Shown one piece after another: positions 18,351 to 26,896 of a stretch of 34,710 nucleotides of DNA (position 1 is its first letter; each line of letters starts with the position of its first letter). Origin of the DNA: a virus (lineage: Duplodnaviria > Caudoviricetes). A program made the translations under genes and the position numbers. The notes below the pieces were generated by a model, which worked only from the letters and a program-made list of their open reading frames with translations, was not told the DNA's origin and ran no database searches. Location: positions 1 to 34,710 of the IMG/VR virus record IMGVR_UViG_3300044674_000714. The stretch is one strand, 5' to 3'.

Positions 18351-18565
18351 TGCAGATATTCATTACACCTGCACCTGAACGCTACGAGAAAGCCGCGATC
18401 ATGCGAGCTTTTGATAACATCCGCAGAGCTTTGACTTTTGCTGTGTCGACTGAAGAAGCGGTGAGCAGTGTCCTTCTGGAAGCGCCGGACGGAACAGTGT
18501 ATAAGGTAGAAGTCGATAACTCTGGTAATTTAACAACGACGGTGGTTCCTCTTGGCTCTAGATAG
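18350..18565 (+). CDS. Small virion-associated protein
   Basis: TAATG coupling; LEAPDGTVYKVEVDNSGNLTT motif. Confidence 0.72.
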   Translation: MQIFITPAPERYEKAAIMRAFDNIRRALTFAVSTEEAVSSVLLEAPDGTVYKVEVDNSGNLTTTVVPLGSR

Positions 18566-18926
18566 AGAAAAATTTGAATGGCTTCTTAGCAAAGGTCTGC
18601 GGCATGGCGGCGGCACTCATTCTGTTGAGGATGTGATATCTGCACTGCACTCCGGTGAGCTAAAAGCGCACTTCAGTGAAGACGGCATGATTATGACTAA
18701 ATTTGCAGAGTATCCAGAAAGAAAAATTCTTGAGCTTTTTATGGCTGTGGGTGATCAGGACGCCATATCAAAAATCTTTTTAGAGCAAGTTGTAAGTCAC
18801 GGACAGGAAACTGGAGCTGATTGTGTTAGAGCAATCGTGCGACCTGGTTTAGTTGATCTGTTTAAAAGTTTAGGTGCTAAGTCGCGCGGAACGATGATGT
18901 ATCGACCGCTTTTAACGGAGGTTTGA
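18552..18926 (+). CDS. GNAT-fold-like protein (T7 gp13 position)
   Basis: Lies between nozzle and ejection genes; EYPERKILELFMAVG and RAIVRPG motifs; TTG start. Confidence 0.6.
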   Translation: MALDREKFEWLLSKGLRHGGGTHSVEDVISALHSGELKAHFSEDGMIMTKFAEYPERKILELFMAVGDQDAISKIFLEQVVSHGQETGADCVRAIVRPGLVDLFKSLGAKSRGTMMYRPLLTEV

Positions 18927-18927
18927 T

Positions 18928-20295
18928 ATGAGCGGTATTGTAAGCGGTATAGGAGGTGCAGTCGGAGGTCTCTTTGGAGGCGGCGGTGGCGGCGGTTCTC
19001 AGACAGTTGTGCAAAGCACGGATCTTCCAGATTATCTTGAAGGTCCAGTAAGAGAAAATATCCGTATTGCTGAAAGTATAGCTAACCGGCCATACCAAGC
19101 TTACACGTCTCCCACTGTTGCAGCGCTGTCAGCACCACAACAGCAAGCCATTAACCTTGCTCAAAGCGGTGTTGGTATAGGTCAACCACAACTTGCTGCA
19201 GCGCAACAGGCTACACAGCAGGCGATGGGCCAATATGGTAATATTGGTGACGTGCAAGCTGCTGCTTATAACGCCGCCTTAATGCAGGGTCCAGGTAACG
19301 TACAAGCCCAAAACTTTTTGAGCGGCGACGTTGCTGCATACATGAACCCGTTTACTCAGAACGTGATCAACAACGCCATGCGGGATCTTGCATCCGCATC
19401 GCAATATGGCATCCAACAAATCGGTCAGCAGGCACGACAAGCTGGTGCTTTTGGTGGATCACGGCAGGGAGTAGCTGAAGCACTTCAGCGGTCACAGGAT
19501 GTAGAAAGTGCGGGTCGTCTTTCTGCTGACTTGCGCAGTCAGGCATTCCAAGATGCAGCAGCACGGCTGGCTGCGGATCAGGCACGCCAGCAACAAGTTG
19601 ACCTTGCAAACCAACAGATGGGCTTCAATGTTGGACAAGCTAATCAAGCAGCTCAGATGCGTGCGCTTAGTGAAGGCGCTGGCTACCAGCAAGCTGCTAA
19701 CCTGGCTAACCAACAGGCAGCATTTAATAGGCTGCAAGGTCAACAGCAAGCAGCTTCACAGCTTGCGCAACTTGGTCAGATGGGCTTTGACCTCAACCAA
19801 GCAAACGTCGGTCAGCTTCTGTCCACGGGTGCTGTGTCTCAAGCTCAAAATCAAGCAATCCTAGATGACGCTTATGCTAGGTTCTTAGAGCGTCGGAACT
19901 ACCCAATCGATATGCTTAATCTGCGCATTGGTGCAACGTCATCTGTGCCTGTGGCTGGAACCACCACACAAAGCGGTGGTGGATCTGGTGGCAGCTCGTT
20001 CTTGTCAACGATTGGTGGTCTGGGATCTGCAGCAGCAGGTCTTGCACAGCTTGGTAGCTTATTCGGTATGTCAGACGAAAACATGAAGACGGACATCAAG
20101 AAGGTGGGCAAAGATAAGGAGACAGGCTTGAACCTATATGCCTATCGATACAAAGGTGATCCAAAAACATATCCGAAAATCGTTGGCCCGATGGCACAGG
20201 AAGTTGAGAAGAAATTCCCTGATCAGGTAGTTGATATCGGTAAGTTTAAAGCAGTCAACCTGGGCTTCGGTCCAATGCAACGAGCGTTTAGTTAA
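18928..20295 (+). CDS. Ejection/pilot protein with C-terminal S74-like domain
   Basis: G/A/Q-rich, YMNPF...AGAFGGSRQGVAE motif; C-terminal SDENMKTDIKKVG...YRYK...GPMAQEVE. Confidence 0.78.
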   Translation: MSGIVSGIGGAVGGLFGGGGGGGSQTVVQSTDLPDYLEGPVRENIRIAESIANRPYQAYTSPTVAALSAPQQQAINLAQSGVGIGQPQLAAAQQATQQAMGQYGNIGDVQAAAYNAALMQGPGNVQAQNFLSGDVAAYMNPFTQNVINNAMRDLASASQYGIQQIGQQARQAGAFGGSRQGVAEALQRSQDVESAGRLSADLRSQAFQDAAARLAADQARQQQVDLANQQMGFNVGQANQAAQMRALSEGAGYQQAANLANQQAAFNRLQGQQQAASQLAQLGQMGFDLNQANVGQLLSTGAVSQAQNQAILDDAYARFLERRNYPIDMLNLRIGATSSVPVAGTTTQSGGGSGGSSFLSTIGGLGSAAAGLAQLGSLFGMSDENMKTDIKKVGKDKETGLNLYAYRYKGDPKTYPKIVGPMAQEVEKKFPDQVVDIGKFKAVNLGFGPMQRAFS

Positions 20296-20306
20296 GGAGT
20301 GTAGTT

Positions 20307-20708
20307 ATGGCTTTTTCTTTTGAAGATCTTTTGAAGGTATTGAACCCAATTGGTGCGATGGACGAGCTAGGTGTTAGTCCTATGGATGCCTTAAAGTATG
20401 CTAGTCCAATTGGTGTAATGAATGAGCTAGGTGTTAGCCCTGGTGACATTTTAAAATACTCAAGTCCAATTGGTCTTTTGGGTCTCGCAGATATCAGTAG
20501 CCCAATGGATGTTGTGGCGTTAGGTGGTGGAGTGATACCTGCTGCTATAGCTGGTCAGGTTTCTCCCGGTAAGGCAGCAAATGCAGTGGGTTCTGTTGCT
20601 CGCGCCATGCCTGCCGCTGCCGCAGCAAGCCTTGCTGGTGCTGCTGGTGGTGGTGTCATGGACGAGCAGGAAAAGATGCGCAGAAGGATGCTGGGTCTTT
20701 ATACCTGA
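20307..20708 (+). CDS. Hydrophobic repeat-containing internal virion protein
   Basis: AAGGAG RBS; 20-aa PIGxMxELGVSPxDxLKYxS repeats. Confidence 0.65.
   Translation: MAFSFEDLLKVLNPIGAMDELGVSPMDALKYASPIGVMNELGVSPGDILKYSSPIGLLGLADISSPMDVVALGGGVIPAAIAGQVSPGKAANAVGSVARAMPAAAAASLAGAAGGGVMDEQEKMRRRMLGLYT
20346..20474 (+). repeat. 60-bp period imperfect tandem repeat
   Basis: CCAATTGGT at 20346, 20406 and 20466; GAGCTAGGTGTTAG occurs twice. Confidence 0.85.
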
Positions 20709-20728
20709 TTGTTTTGTAGGAGACGGTA

Positions 20729-21133
20729 ATGTTTGCTCGACTGTTTAGAGGTCTACTGGATAGCGAAGACTTGAACGACAGGTCTATGATAAACCAGTTT
20801 GCAGGTGGTGCATTAAGGCCAGAGGTCTTCGCTTACGACCCTGAAAACCCGATAACCAATCTTGGTCAGACTTTTGGCAGAGGTCCGTCACCGTTTTCGT
20901 CAAGTTATACGGATTTTATTCAAAGCAATCCTGCAGGGCAAATAGCGGCTAGTCAGCTTGGTGGCATAGGAGAAGCTGTGCGGTCTCCTGAACAACTTGC
21001 ACAGCTTGGTGCTTCGATGCCGGGCCAGGGTCCGAAAACGGTTGCAGCAAATACCTCAATGCCAAGGCCAGGTGGATTGGATGACGAGGCAGTTTCAAGG
21101 CTTATGTCGAGAATGGTAAGGGCGATATTCTAA
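20729..21133 (+). CDS. Putative internal virion protein
   Basis: AGGAG RBS; lies in the ejection-gene cluster. Confidence 0.65.
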   Translation: MFARLFRGLLDSEDLNDRSMINQFAGGALRPEVFAYDPENPITNLGQTFGRGPSPFSSSYTDFIQSNPAGQIAASQLGGIGEAVRSPEQLAQLGASMPGQGPKTVAANTSMPRPGGLDDEAVSRLMSRMVRAIF

Positions 21134-21642
21134 TGATTAGGCAATGGTATGACTATGAGCAATATGATCCAAGCGCTGGCATAGACCCAAATCAGCAGTT
21201 TTATGGAAACATGCAGCAAGCCATCAATAGCGCTGTTCCTGGTTTGCTCGGCAATGTGTCAAATGAAGACCATGAGATGGTAAACTATATTGAAACCTAT
21301 GGTCCCAAAAACGTGTATGGTTCTGACTTAGGAACGCAAGCGCGTTTGCTGGGCAGCAGATTAGGCATATTGGATGCACCAAATCCATTAACATTAGCAG
21401 AGCAAGCGCAACAAGCTGAAAGGGATGCCGATATGGCAGCCCAGGCAAAAGCAGCAGAAGCAGCAGGCGAAAGCTTCAAGGAAGCCATGAAGGCAGTAGA
21501 GCCAGAGGAAGAAGAGCAGATGAAGATGCTCTCTCCTATGTTCCGCGCTGCATCTGCCGCACGCCCCATAGAGCCTCAAGGCGGTCTCACGTCTCTTGCT
21601 TCTGCATATGGGCTTAACCGTTACTTACCCAGGAGGGCTTAA
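21133..21642 (+). CDS. Putative internal virion protein
   Basis: TAATG coupling at both ends; helical and A/Q/E-rich. Confidence 0.65.
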   Translation: MIRQWYDYEQYDPSAGIDPNQQFYGNMQQAINSAVPGLLGNVSNEDHEMVNYIETYGPKNVYGSDLGTQARLLGSRLGILDAPNPLTLAEQAQQAERDADMAAQAKAAEAAGESFKEAMKAVEPEEEEQMKMLSPMFRAASAARPIEPQGGLTSLASAYGLNRYLPRRA

Positions 21643-22874
21643 TGGCTGGCTTCTTCGATTACCTGTTAGGCCGTGAAGAGTACGCACCAGACGCGCCTAT
21701 TGATCCTAATACTGGGCTTCGGCCTGCTGACCGCCGTCAGGCGGCTCTACAGGCGCTTGGCAACTTCAGCGCGGTACTTTCACAGGTAGGCGCAGCCCGT
21801 AACCCTGCAGAGGCTGCTAGGGCTTGGGGTGCCATGCCGCAGGCAGTCGGAGCAAGCCAAACGTATCTCGATGAACTGAGCAAGCAGCGCCGAGTGCAGG
21901 CACAGGAGCGCGGCTTGCGTGACCTGATGCAGAACCCAGAGCAGCTCAAAAGCTTGGGGTTAAATGCCAATCAAATCGGTTTGATGAAGTTTCTGCCTAC
22001 AGATGCTGCGGCTGCTTTTGTTGCTAAAGCTGCTTCGGCTGATCCTTTGAAGGCGCAGCAGGCTCAAGCGCTAGAAGACTTGATTTCACAGTTACCTCCA
22101 AACCAGCAGCTTTTAGCTCGTGCAGCTCCACAAGCTTTCGTTACACAGATACTTGCAGCACAGAAGCCAGAAAGCGCGTCTGCTGATATCAAAAATTATA
22201 ATTTCTATAAAGCAGAAGAACTTGCTGCAAATAGAGCCCCATTATCCTTTAATGAGTGGAGGCTTCTAAACAAAAAAGCTGGTGCAACACAAGTGCTTTT
22301 GCCTGGTGAAAAAAGCCCAGCAGATGCTGCATTACGCGAAGCAATGGCAAAAGAAGAAGGCAAAAGACTTAGTGAAGCTTTGACAGTGGCAGACGTTTCT
22401 GGAGCAAGCTTAAACGATTTTCAAATTTTAGAGGAAGCTATAGCTGGGGGACCAGAAAGCCTTGCAGGCCGTAAATTGACTTCTATGTTCCCAGAGTTAG
22501 ATAGTAGGTCTGCTATTTTTGAGAGTATTGTTAAAAGAATTGCTCCTACTCTCCGAGCCCCAGGCTCTGGTTCCACGTCAGATATTGAATATGCAGGTAT
22601 GCTAAAAGGTTTGCCTCAGCTTATAAACAAACCAGAAGCTAATATGGCAATTCTTCAAGCCATGAAAGCTAAAGCTCAGATAAACGTAGAGCGTGGAGAA
22701 ATCATAACTAAATACGCAAATAATGAAATAACTCCAGCAGAGATGCGTAAATCTCTTTCTGCTTTAAACAGAAGAAGCATAATCAATTCAGATCTTAGGA
22801 AAGCGTTAAACGCTGCTATACCTGTTGCTGGTGCAAAAAGTGAAGACGACTTGATTAACAAATACAAAAGGTAA
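21642..22874 (+). CDS. Ejection (DNA transfer) protein
   Basis: All-helical, A/Q-rich; LRAPGSGSTSDIE motif; position in cluster. Confidence 0.72.
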   Translation: MAGFFDYLLGREEYAPDAPIDPNTGLRPADRRQAALQALGNFSAVLSQVGAARNPAEAARAWGAMPQAVGASQTYLDELSKQRRVQAQERGLRDLMQNPEQLKSLGLNANQIGLMKFLPTDAAAAFVAKAASADPLKAQQAQALEDLISQLPPNQQLLARAAPQAFVTQILAAQKPESASADIKNYNFYKAEELAANRAPLSFNEWRLLNKKAGATQVLLPGEKSPADAALREAMAKEEGKRLSEALTVADVSGASLNDFQILEEAIAGGPESLAGRKLTSMFPELDSRSAIFESIVKRIAPTLRAPGSGSTSDIEYAGMLKGLPQLINKPEANMAILQAMKAKAQINVERGEIITKYANNEITPAEMRKSLSALNRRSIINSDLRKALNAAIPVAGAKSEDDLINKYKR

Positions 22875-22879
22875 GCGCT

Positions 22880-24946
22880 ATGGCTACATATGAAGAAGTA
22901 ATGGAAGCGCTGAAAAATGCAGACGCAATAGTTACAGCAGGAGGCCCTGGAGCAGAACAAGCAAGGCAAGATGCTGTAGCGTTATCTGAAATAGCCCAGC
23001 GCTTGAAAAAAGAAAAACCACAAGGCCCAGAAGCAGAGCCAACTAGCAGCTTTTTCGGCGATGTGGTTGGCCGTGTTGGCGTTGGCCAAGGTTTGGCGAT
23101 GGGGTATGGCGATGAGCTTGAAGCTTATGCTCGATCAGCATTTACAGATGAAACATATGAAGAAGCTCTTAAAGATGTGCGTGAAAAGATAGCAACAGCA
23201 CGCAGGGAGCGTCCAACAGAAACGACAGTAGCTGAACTTAGTGGGGCTCTTGCCCCTGCCGGTATTGCTATTGGCTCTTCTTTGCTTACAGGTGGTGCTA
23301 CAACCCCGGCAGCCGCAGCCGCTGCTGGGCGTACTGTTGGCCTTGCCAGTAATCTTTTGAGAGGTGGCACGAGAGCTGCTGGCATTGGCGCTGGGCAAGG
23401 TGCCATTGAAGGATTTGGACGTGGTGAAGGTGGTCTTGAGCAGCGTCTAGAAAAAGCGCAAGAAGAAGCCATGACAGGCGCAGCTTTTGGCGCTGGCCTT
23501 GGAACGATAGCAGAGGGTGGCCGTGCTGCATATAAAGCATTAACGGCAACGCCTGAAAGTTTAGCGCGTCGCAGGTTACTGGATATTTATGGCCGTGACG
23601 AAGTAAGCCCACAAGAGGCAAGAAGAGCGTATTCGGAAGCACAGGCTTCAGGTGTAAAACCAGAGATTGTGGCTGACATATATCCAGGCGGTCAGATTGC
23701 ACAAGAAACACAGCGCGTTGCTCGTGTTGCTCCTGGCGCAAACAGAAGAGCAATAGCAGAGCAATTTGCTGAAAGAGCAAGAGGCCAAGGTCAAAGGGTT
23801 CAGGAAGCCTTTGAAGAGGCGGCTGGCACTCGCCAAGGAATGTATTCTGCCATTGATGAGCTGGAAGCAGCGCGTCGCGCTGATGCTTCTCCTGCATATG
23901 ATCGCGCATATGCAACACCAGTATCACGAGATGACAGAAGAACTCTTGATAGTTTGATGTTGCGCGCACCAGATGATGTTTGGGATGAGGTAAGAAGAGA
24001 AGCTCGATATGAGGGTTTGAGTATTCCAGATTTGGTACAAACAAATAGGCAAGGTAGGCGTGCAATTTATGGTGACTACAGCATCAAAGAAGTTGATCTT
24101 TTTAAGCGTGGTTTAGATAGAATTATTGAACGCGAAACGGATAACATTACGGGAAAGATTTCATCAGAAGGTCGTAAGGCAGCAAATATAAAAAGAGCTG
24201 TTTTACAAAAAGCTGATGAAATATCTCCAGATTATGCTGCTGCTCGGCAGGCTTGGGCTGGGCCAACCGCTGCTATAAATGCAATGCAAGATGGCACCAG
24301 ACTGTTTAGCACTAGATCTGAGCAAATTGTGCGCGACATAAACAGGATGGGCGCGTCTGAGCGTGAAGCGTTTATGATTGGCGCTCTTGATGCAGTAAAC
24401 CAACGCCTTGGCAGAACTACAGACGTGCAAGACGCCACCAGGCAATTTTTAACCGGCAATGCACAAGATCAAATCCGCGCAGCTTTGACTGCAAGCGGAA
24501 AAACAGCAGATGAGGTTAAAGAAATCTCAGATGCTTTGTTTAAGGGTATAGAGCGCGAAGCTCAGATGGCTCGCACAAGGAACCTTATGACAGGTGGATC
24601 TCCTACCGCACCACTAACTGCCAGTGAAGCTGATTTCAGACAAGGCATGGGAGCAACAAGTCGCTTCATTCAGGACATTGCTTCTGGTCGTGGTCCGTTA
24701 GCTTCCTTGGTGAGCCCTGTAGCAAGAGCAGGAGAAAACGCTGCGCTGGGTTTGCGTCAGTCACGCATAGACAGAACCAACGAAGCGCTTCGCCAATACC
24801 TGATGTCTTCAGACGTGGCAGGCGTAAACAGGATGACGCAGGCGATGATAGACGAAGCGTCCAGGATTGGTCGTTACGCTCCTACTAGAACCCTAGTTCC
24901 TGGCCTGTTAGCTGGTCCGTTGCGTCAGATGTACGAAAATCGCTAA
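22880..24946 (+). CDS. Large ejection / inner-membrane tunnel protein
   Basis: GQGLAMGYGDELEA motif, G/A-rich hydrophobic segments, SPDYAAAR and GGSPTA motifs; last gene of the late operon. Confidence 0.75.
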   Translation: MATYEEVMEALKNADAIVTAGGPGAEQARQDAVALSEIAQRLKKEKPQGPEAEPTSSFFGDVVGRVGVGQGLAMGYGDELEAYARSAFTDETYEEALKDVREKIATARRERPTETTVAELSGALAPAGIAIGSSLLTGGATTPAAAAAAGRTVGLASNLLRGGTRAAGIGAGQGAIEGFGRGEGGLEQRLEKAQEEAMTGAAFGAGLGTIAEGGRAAYKALTATPESLARRRLLDIYGRDEVSPQEARRAYSEAQASGVKPEIVADIYPGGQIAQETQRVARVAPGANRRAIAEQFAERARGQGQRVQEAFEEAAGTRQGMYSAIDELEAARRADASPAYDRAYATPVSRDDRRTLDSLMLRAPDDVWDEVRREARYEGLSIPDLVQTNRQGRRAIYGDYSIKEVDLFKRGLDRIIERETDNITGKISSEGRKAANIKRAVLQKADEISPDYAAARQAWAGPTAAINAMQDGTRLFSTRSEQIVRDINRMGASEREAFMIGALDAVNQRLGRTTDVQDATRQFLTGNAQDQIRAALTASGKTADEVKEISDALFKGIEREAQMARTRNLMTGGSPTAPLTASEADFRQGMGATSRFIQDIASGRGPLASLVSPVARAGENAALGLRQSRIDRTNEALRQYLMSSDVAGVNRMTQAMIDEASRIGRYAPTRTLVPGLLAGPLRQMYENR

Positions 24947-25989
24947 CCCGCAAGCAGCAGGCCGTTCATGGTATCGGCCAGCCCTGCATCATCGCCCTCA
25001 AGGACGTGAGCGTACACCTGCAAGGTGATCTTCACGTCAGAATGCCCCAGGCGACGGCTCACAGCCTTCGTGGGAGCCTTTGCACGCAAAAGGTGCGTGG
25101 CGTGCGTATGACGGAAGCTGTGGAACGTGAGACCGTCTACGCCGATCTTAGCGCCTAATCTTTTAGCCATTGCCGACATGCCGTGCAGCGAAACATCGAA
25201 GACGCGCTCGTTGGGCTGGCCTTCCAGCTTACGCAGCTCGGATACAATTGACGCTGGCAGTGATATGGTGCGCGCAGATCCGTCGGTCTTTGGTTCCTTT
25301 TCCACTTCCTGGTTGCCAGCAATCGTGCGCACGGTCTCTACTGTGGCAGTCTTGGCATCCAGGTCCACGTTCTTCCAACGCAACCCCGCAATCTCGCCGC
25401 GACGAAAGCCAGTGGCCAGAGCAAATCGGACCACCGGGCCGTAGTTGCTGTCACGCACTGCCTGTAAGCAGGCAGCAAGCTGTGCCTCGGTCAGCGCCAC
25501 GCTTTCTGTCTTGCGTACCTTTGGTGGCTCAACGCAGCCCATTGGGTCTCTGGCCAAAGCGCCGCTTTTCACGGCACAACTGAATGCGGTCTTCAGGATA
25601 GTGTGCAGGTGGCGCACAGTCGATGCAGCGGCGTCTCTGAGGCGCTCAATGTAGTAGTCTTGGATAAGCTTTCCAGTGACCGCCTGCAGCTTGACGCTGC
25701 CGTGGGCATCGATGAAGCCAGACAGAGCCAAGCGATACGAGGCTGCCGTGGTCTCGGCAATCTTACCCAAAGCCAGCCGTGCATCGATCCACTGGTTCAG
25801 ATACTCGGCCACGGTGTCGTCGGTCAGGTTGAGGGGTGCCTGGTTTGCGGCGTGCAGAAGCTCGGCTTTGCGTGCTTCGGCTGCGTCTTTGCTGCGATAG
25901 GTTTCGTAAGAGAAGCGCCGCTCTCCGTTGTTGCGGGTCTCGATGCGGATGCGGTGGCTGTTGCCGCGCTGCAGGATTGTGATGTTCAT
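24943..25989 (-). CDS. int: Tyrosine recombinase / phage integrase
   Basis: ALATGFRRGEIAGLRW, KTDG, FHSFRHTHAT and LGHSDVKITLQVYAH catalytic motifs; N-terminal arm-binding and core-binding regions; AAGGGAG RBS. Confidence 0.95.
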   Translation of the reverse strand: MNITILQRGNSHRIRIETRNNGERRFSYETYRSKDAAEARKAELLHAANQAPLNLTDDTVAEYLNQWIDARLALGKIAETTAASYRLALSGFIDAHGSVKLQAVTGKLIQDYYIERLRDAAASTVRHLHTILKTAFSCAVKSGALARDPMGCVEPPKVRKTESVALTEAQLAACLQAVRDSNYGPVVRFALATGFRRGEIAGLRWKNVDLDAKTATVETVRTIAGNQEVEKEPKTDGSARTISLPASIVSELRKLEGQPNERVFDVSLHGMSAMAKRLGAKIGVDGLTFHSFRHTHATHLLRAKAPTKAVSRRLGHSDVKITLQVYAHVLEGDDAGLADTMNGLLLAG

Positions 25990-26016
25990 GGTGTGTTACT
26001 CCCTTGTTACCAACAC

Positions 26017-26045
26017 TATATAATTGCCCTGGGTTCTGGTTACAA
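26017..26045 (-). promoter_or_regulatory. Putative sigma70 promoter for int
   Basis: Minus strand reads TTGTAA-N17-TATATA upstream of the int RBS. Confidence 0.6.
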
Positions 26046-26093
26046 GTAAAAATGCACTAGAAAATTTTTTTTGCTGCAATGGTTAAAAAACAC

Positions 26094-26122
26094 TTGACCA
26101 GTGTTCTGGTCGCCATTATATA
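26094..26122 (+). promoter_or_regulatory. Putative early rightward sigma70 promoter
   Basis: TTGACC-N17-TATATA with upstream A/T tracts. Confidence 0.7.
26096..26111. promoter_or_regulatory. Operator-like palindrome 1
   Basis: GACCAG-TGTT-CTGGTC overlapping the -35 element and spacer. Confidence 0.7.
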
Positions 26123-26148
26123 AGAGGGTACAAACAAGGAGAGAGCAA

Positions 26149-26436
26149 ATGGCTTTTACTGATAACGAAAAAGAAGCAATTGTGGCTTTGATCGATGCCT
26201 GCATGGCAGCCCTTGAAGAACCTATCGACGATTTGTGGTGGAACTGGGTTGATGCAGAAGATTTAACCGACGCTGGTTGGGACCAAAAAAGAGCCAAGAA
26301 AACCTTTAGATCATTGGTAGCAAAAAGAATTATCAATATGGACCCAATGTCTATGCGTGGCTCTTGTTGTTTCTTTATCAATATTCCCTGGGCCACTCGG
26401 ATCTGGAAAGAAGCACAACAACAGGTGGTGGCTTAA
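26149..26436 (+). CDS. First early gene, hypothetical (possible winged-helix-like)
   Basis: Start reassigned to ATG 26149 after the AAGGAGAGAG RBS. Confidence 0.7.
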   Translation: MAFTDNEKEAIVALIDACMAALEEPIDDLWWNWVDAEDLTDAGWDQKRAKKTFRSLVAKRIINMDPMSMRGSCCFFINIPWATRIWKEAQQQVVA

Positions 26437-26462
26437 CGGCCCCATCCACTGGGAGAGAGCAA

Positions 26463-26636
26463 ATGATTAGGTACGAAGTTAAAACCCCTCACAAATCTTT
26501 TGTCGGTTGTGAAGACACTCTGACTGACGCGCAAAACTACATCGCTGATCTTGTGGATGCAGGGGTTGAAATTATTGAGGTTAAATATTTCGACAAAGAT
26601 CAGCGGGTTTCAGATATCAGAGAGGGAAAAGTTTAA
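26463..26636 (+). CDS. Small early hypothetical protein
   Basis: Start reassigned to ATG 26463 after an identical GGAGAGAGCAAATG leader. Confidence 0.7.
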   Translation: MIRYEVKTPHKSFVGCEDTLTDAQNYIADLVDAGVEIIEVKYFDKDQRVSDIREGKV

Positions 26637-26647
26637 CAACAAAGATT

Positions 26648-26663
26648 GACCAGCGCCCTGGTC
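26648..26663. promoter_or_regulatory. Operator-like palindrome 2 within a second putative promoter
   Basis: GACCAG-CGCC-CTGGTC within TTGACC-N18-TAGGGT (26646-26675); intergenic. Confidence 0.65.
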
Positions 26664-26695
26664 TAAGGCTAGGGTGCTGGCAAGGGAGAAGCGGC

Positions 26696-26896
26696 ATGAT
26701 CATCAAGCCAGTAGTCAAGCGATTAAAATTTAAGCGTCGCGCAGGTGTTGATTTAATCGTCAGCGACTGCGGCAAGTCTTGGCCAGTGCCAGAAGGCCGT
26801 TCGCCAAAGTGGTTTATGACTGACGTGGCTGAAGAGCTGGTTGACGATGGGTATGCCGTAATCATGGATCAGAAATCGCTCGGGGAAGACCAATGA
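26696..26896 (+). CDS. Hypothetical early protein
   Basis: GGGAG RBS; ATGA coupling to the next gene. Confidence 0.68.
   Translation: MIIKPVVKRLKFKRRAGVDLIVSDCGKSWPVPEGRSPKWFMTDVAEELVDDGYAVIMDQKSLGEDQ

Noticed and set aside
338-24459. Numerous minus-strand and off-frame ORFs inside structural genes (e.g. 656-1393, 8396-9094, 23298-24065)
   Set aside because: They are shadows of well-supported plus-strand genes and have no recognisable motifs.
25995-26010. GTTA-N7-GTTA over the int RBS as an alphaproteobacterial LexA box (GTTC-N7-GTTC)
   Set aside because: Both half-sites mismatch the consensus; too weak to call.
25990-26148. tRNA gene, tRNA-derived attP, or dif-like site near the integrase
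   Set aside because: No T-loop (GTTCGA-type) stem, cloverleaf or XerC/D arm pattern was seen by eye; tRNAscan-SE and a host BLAST would be decisive.
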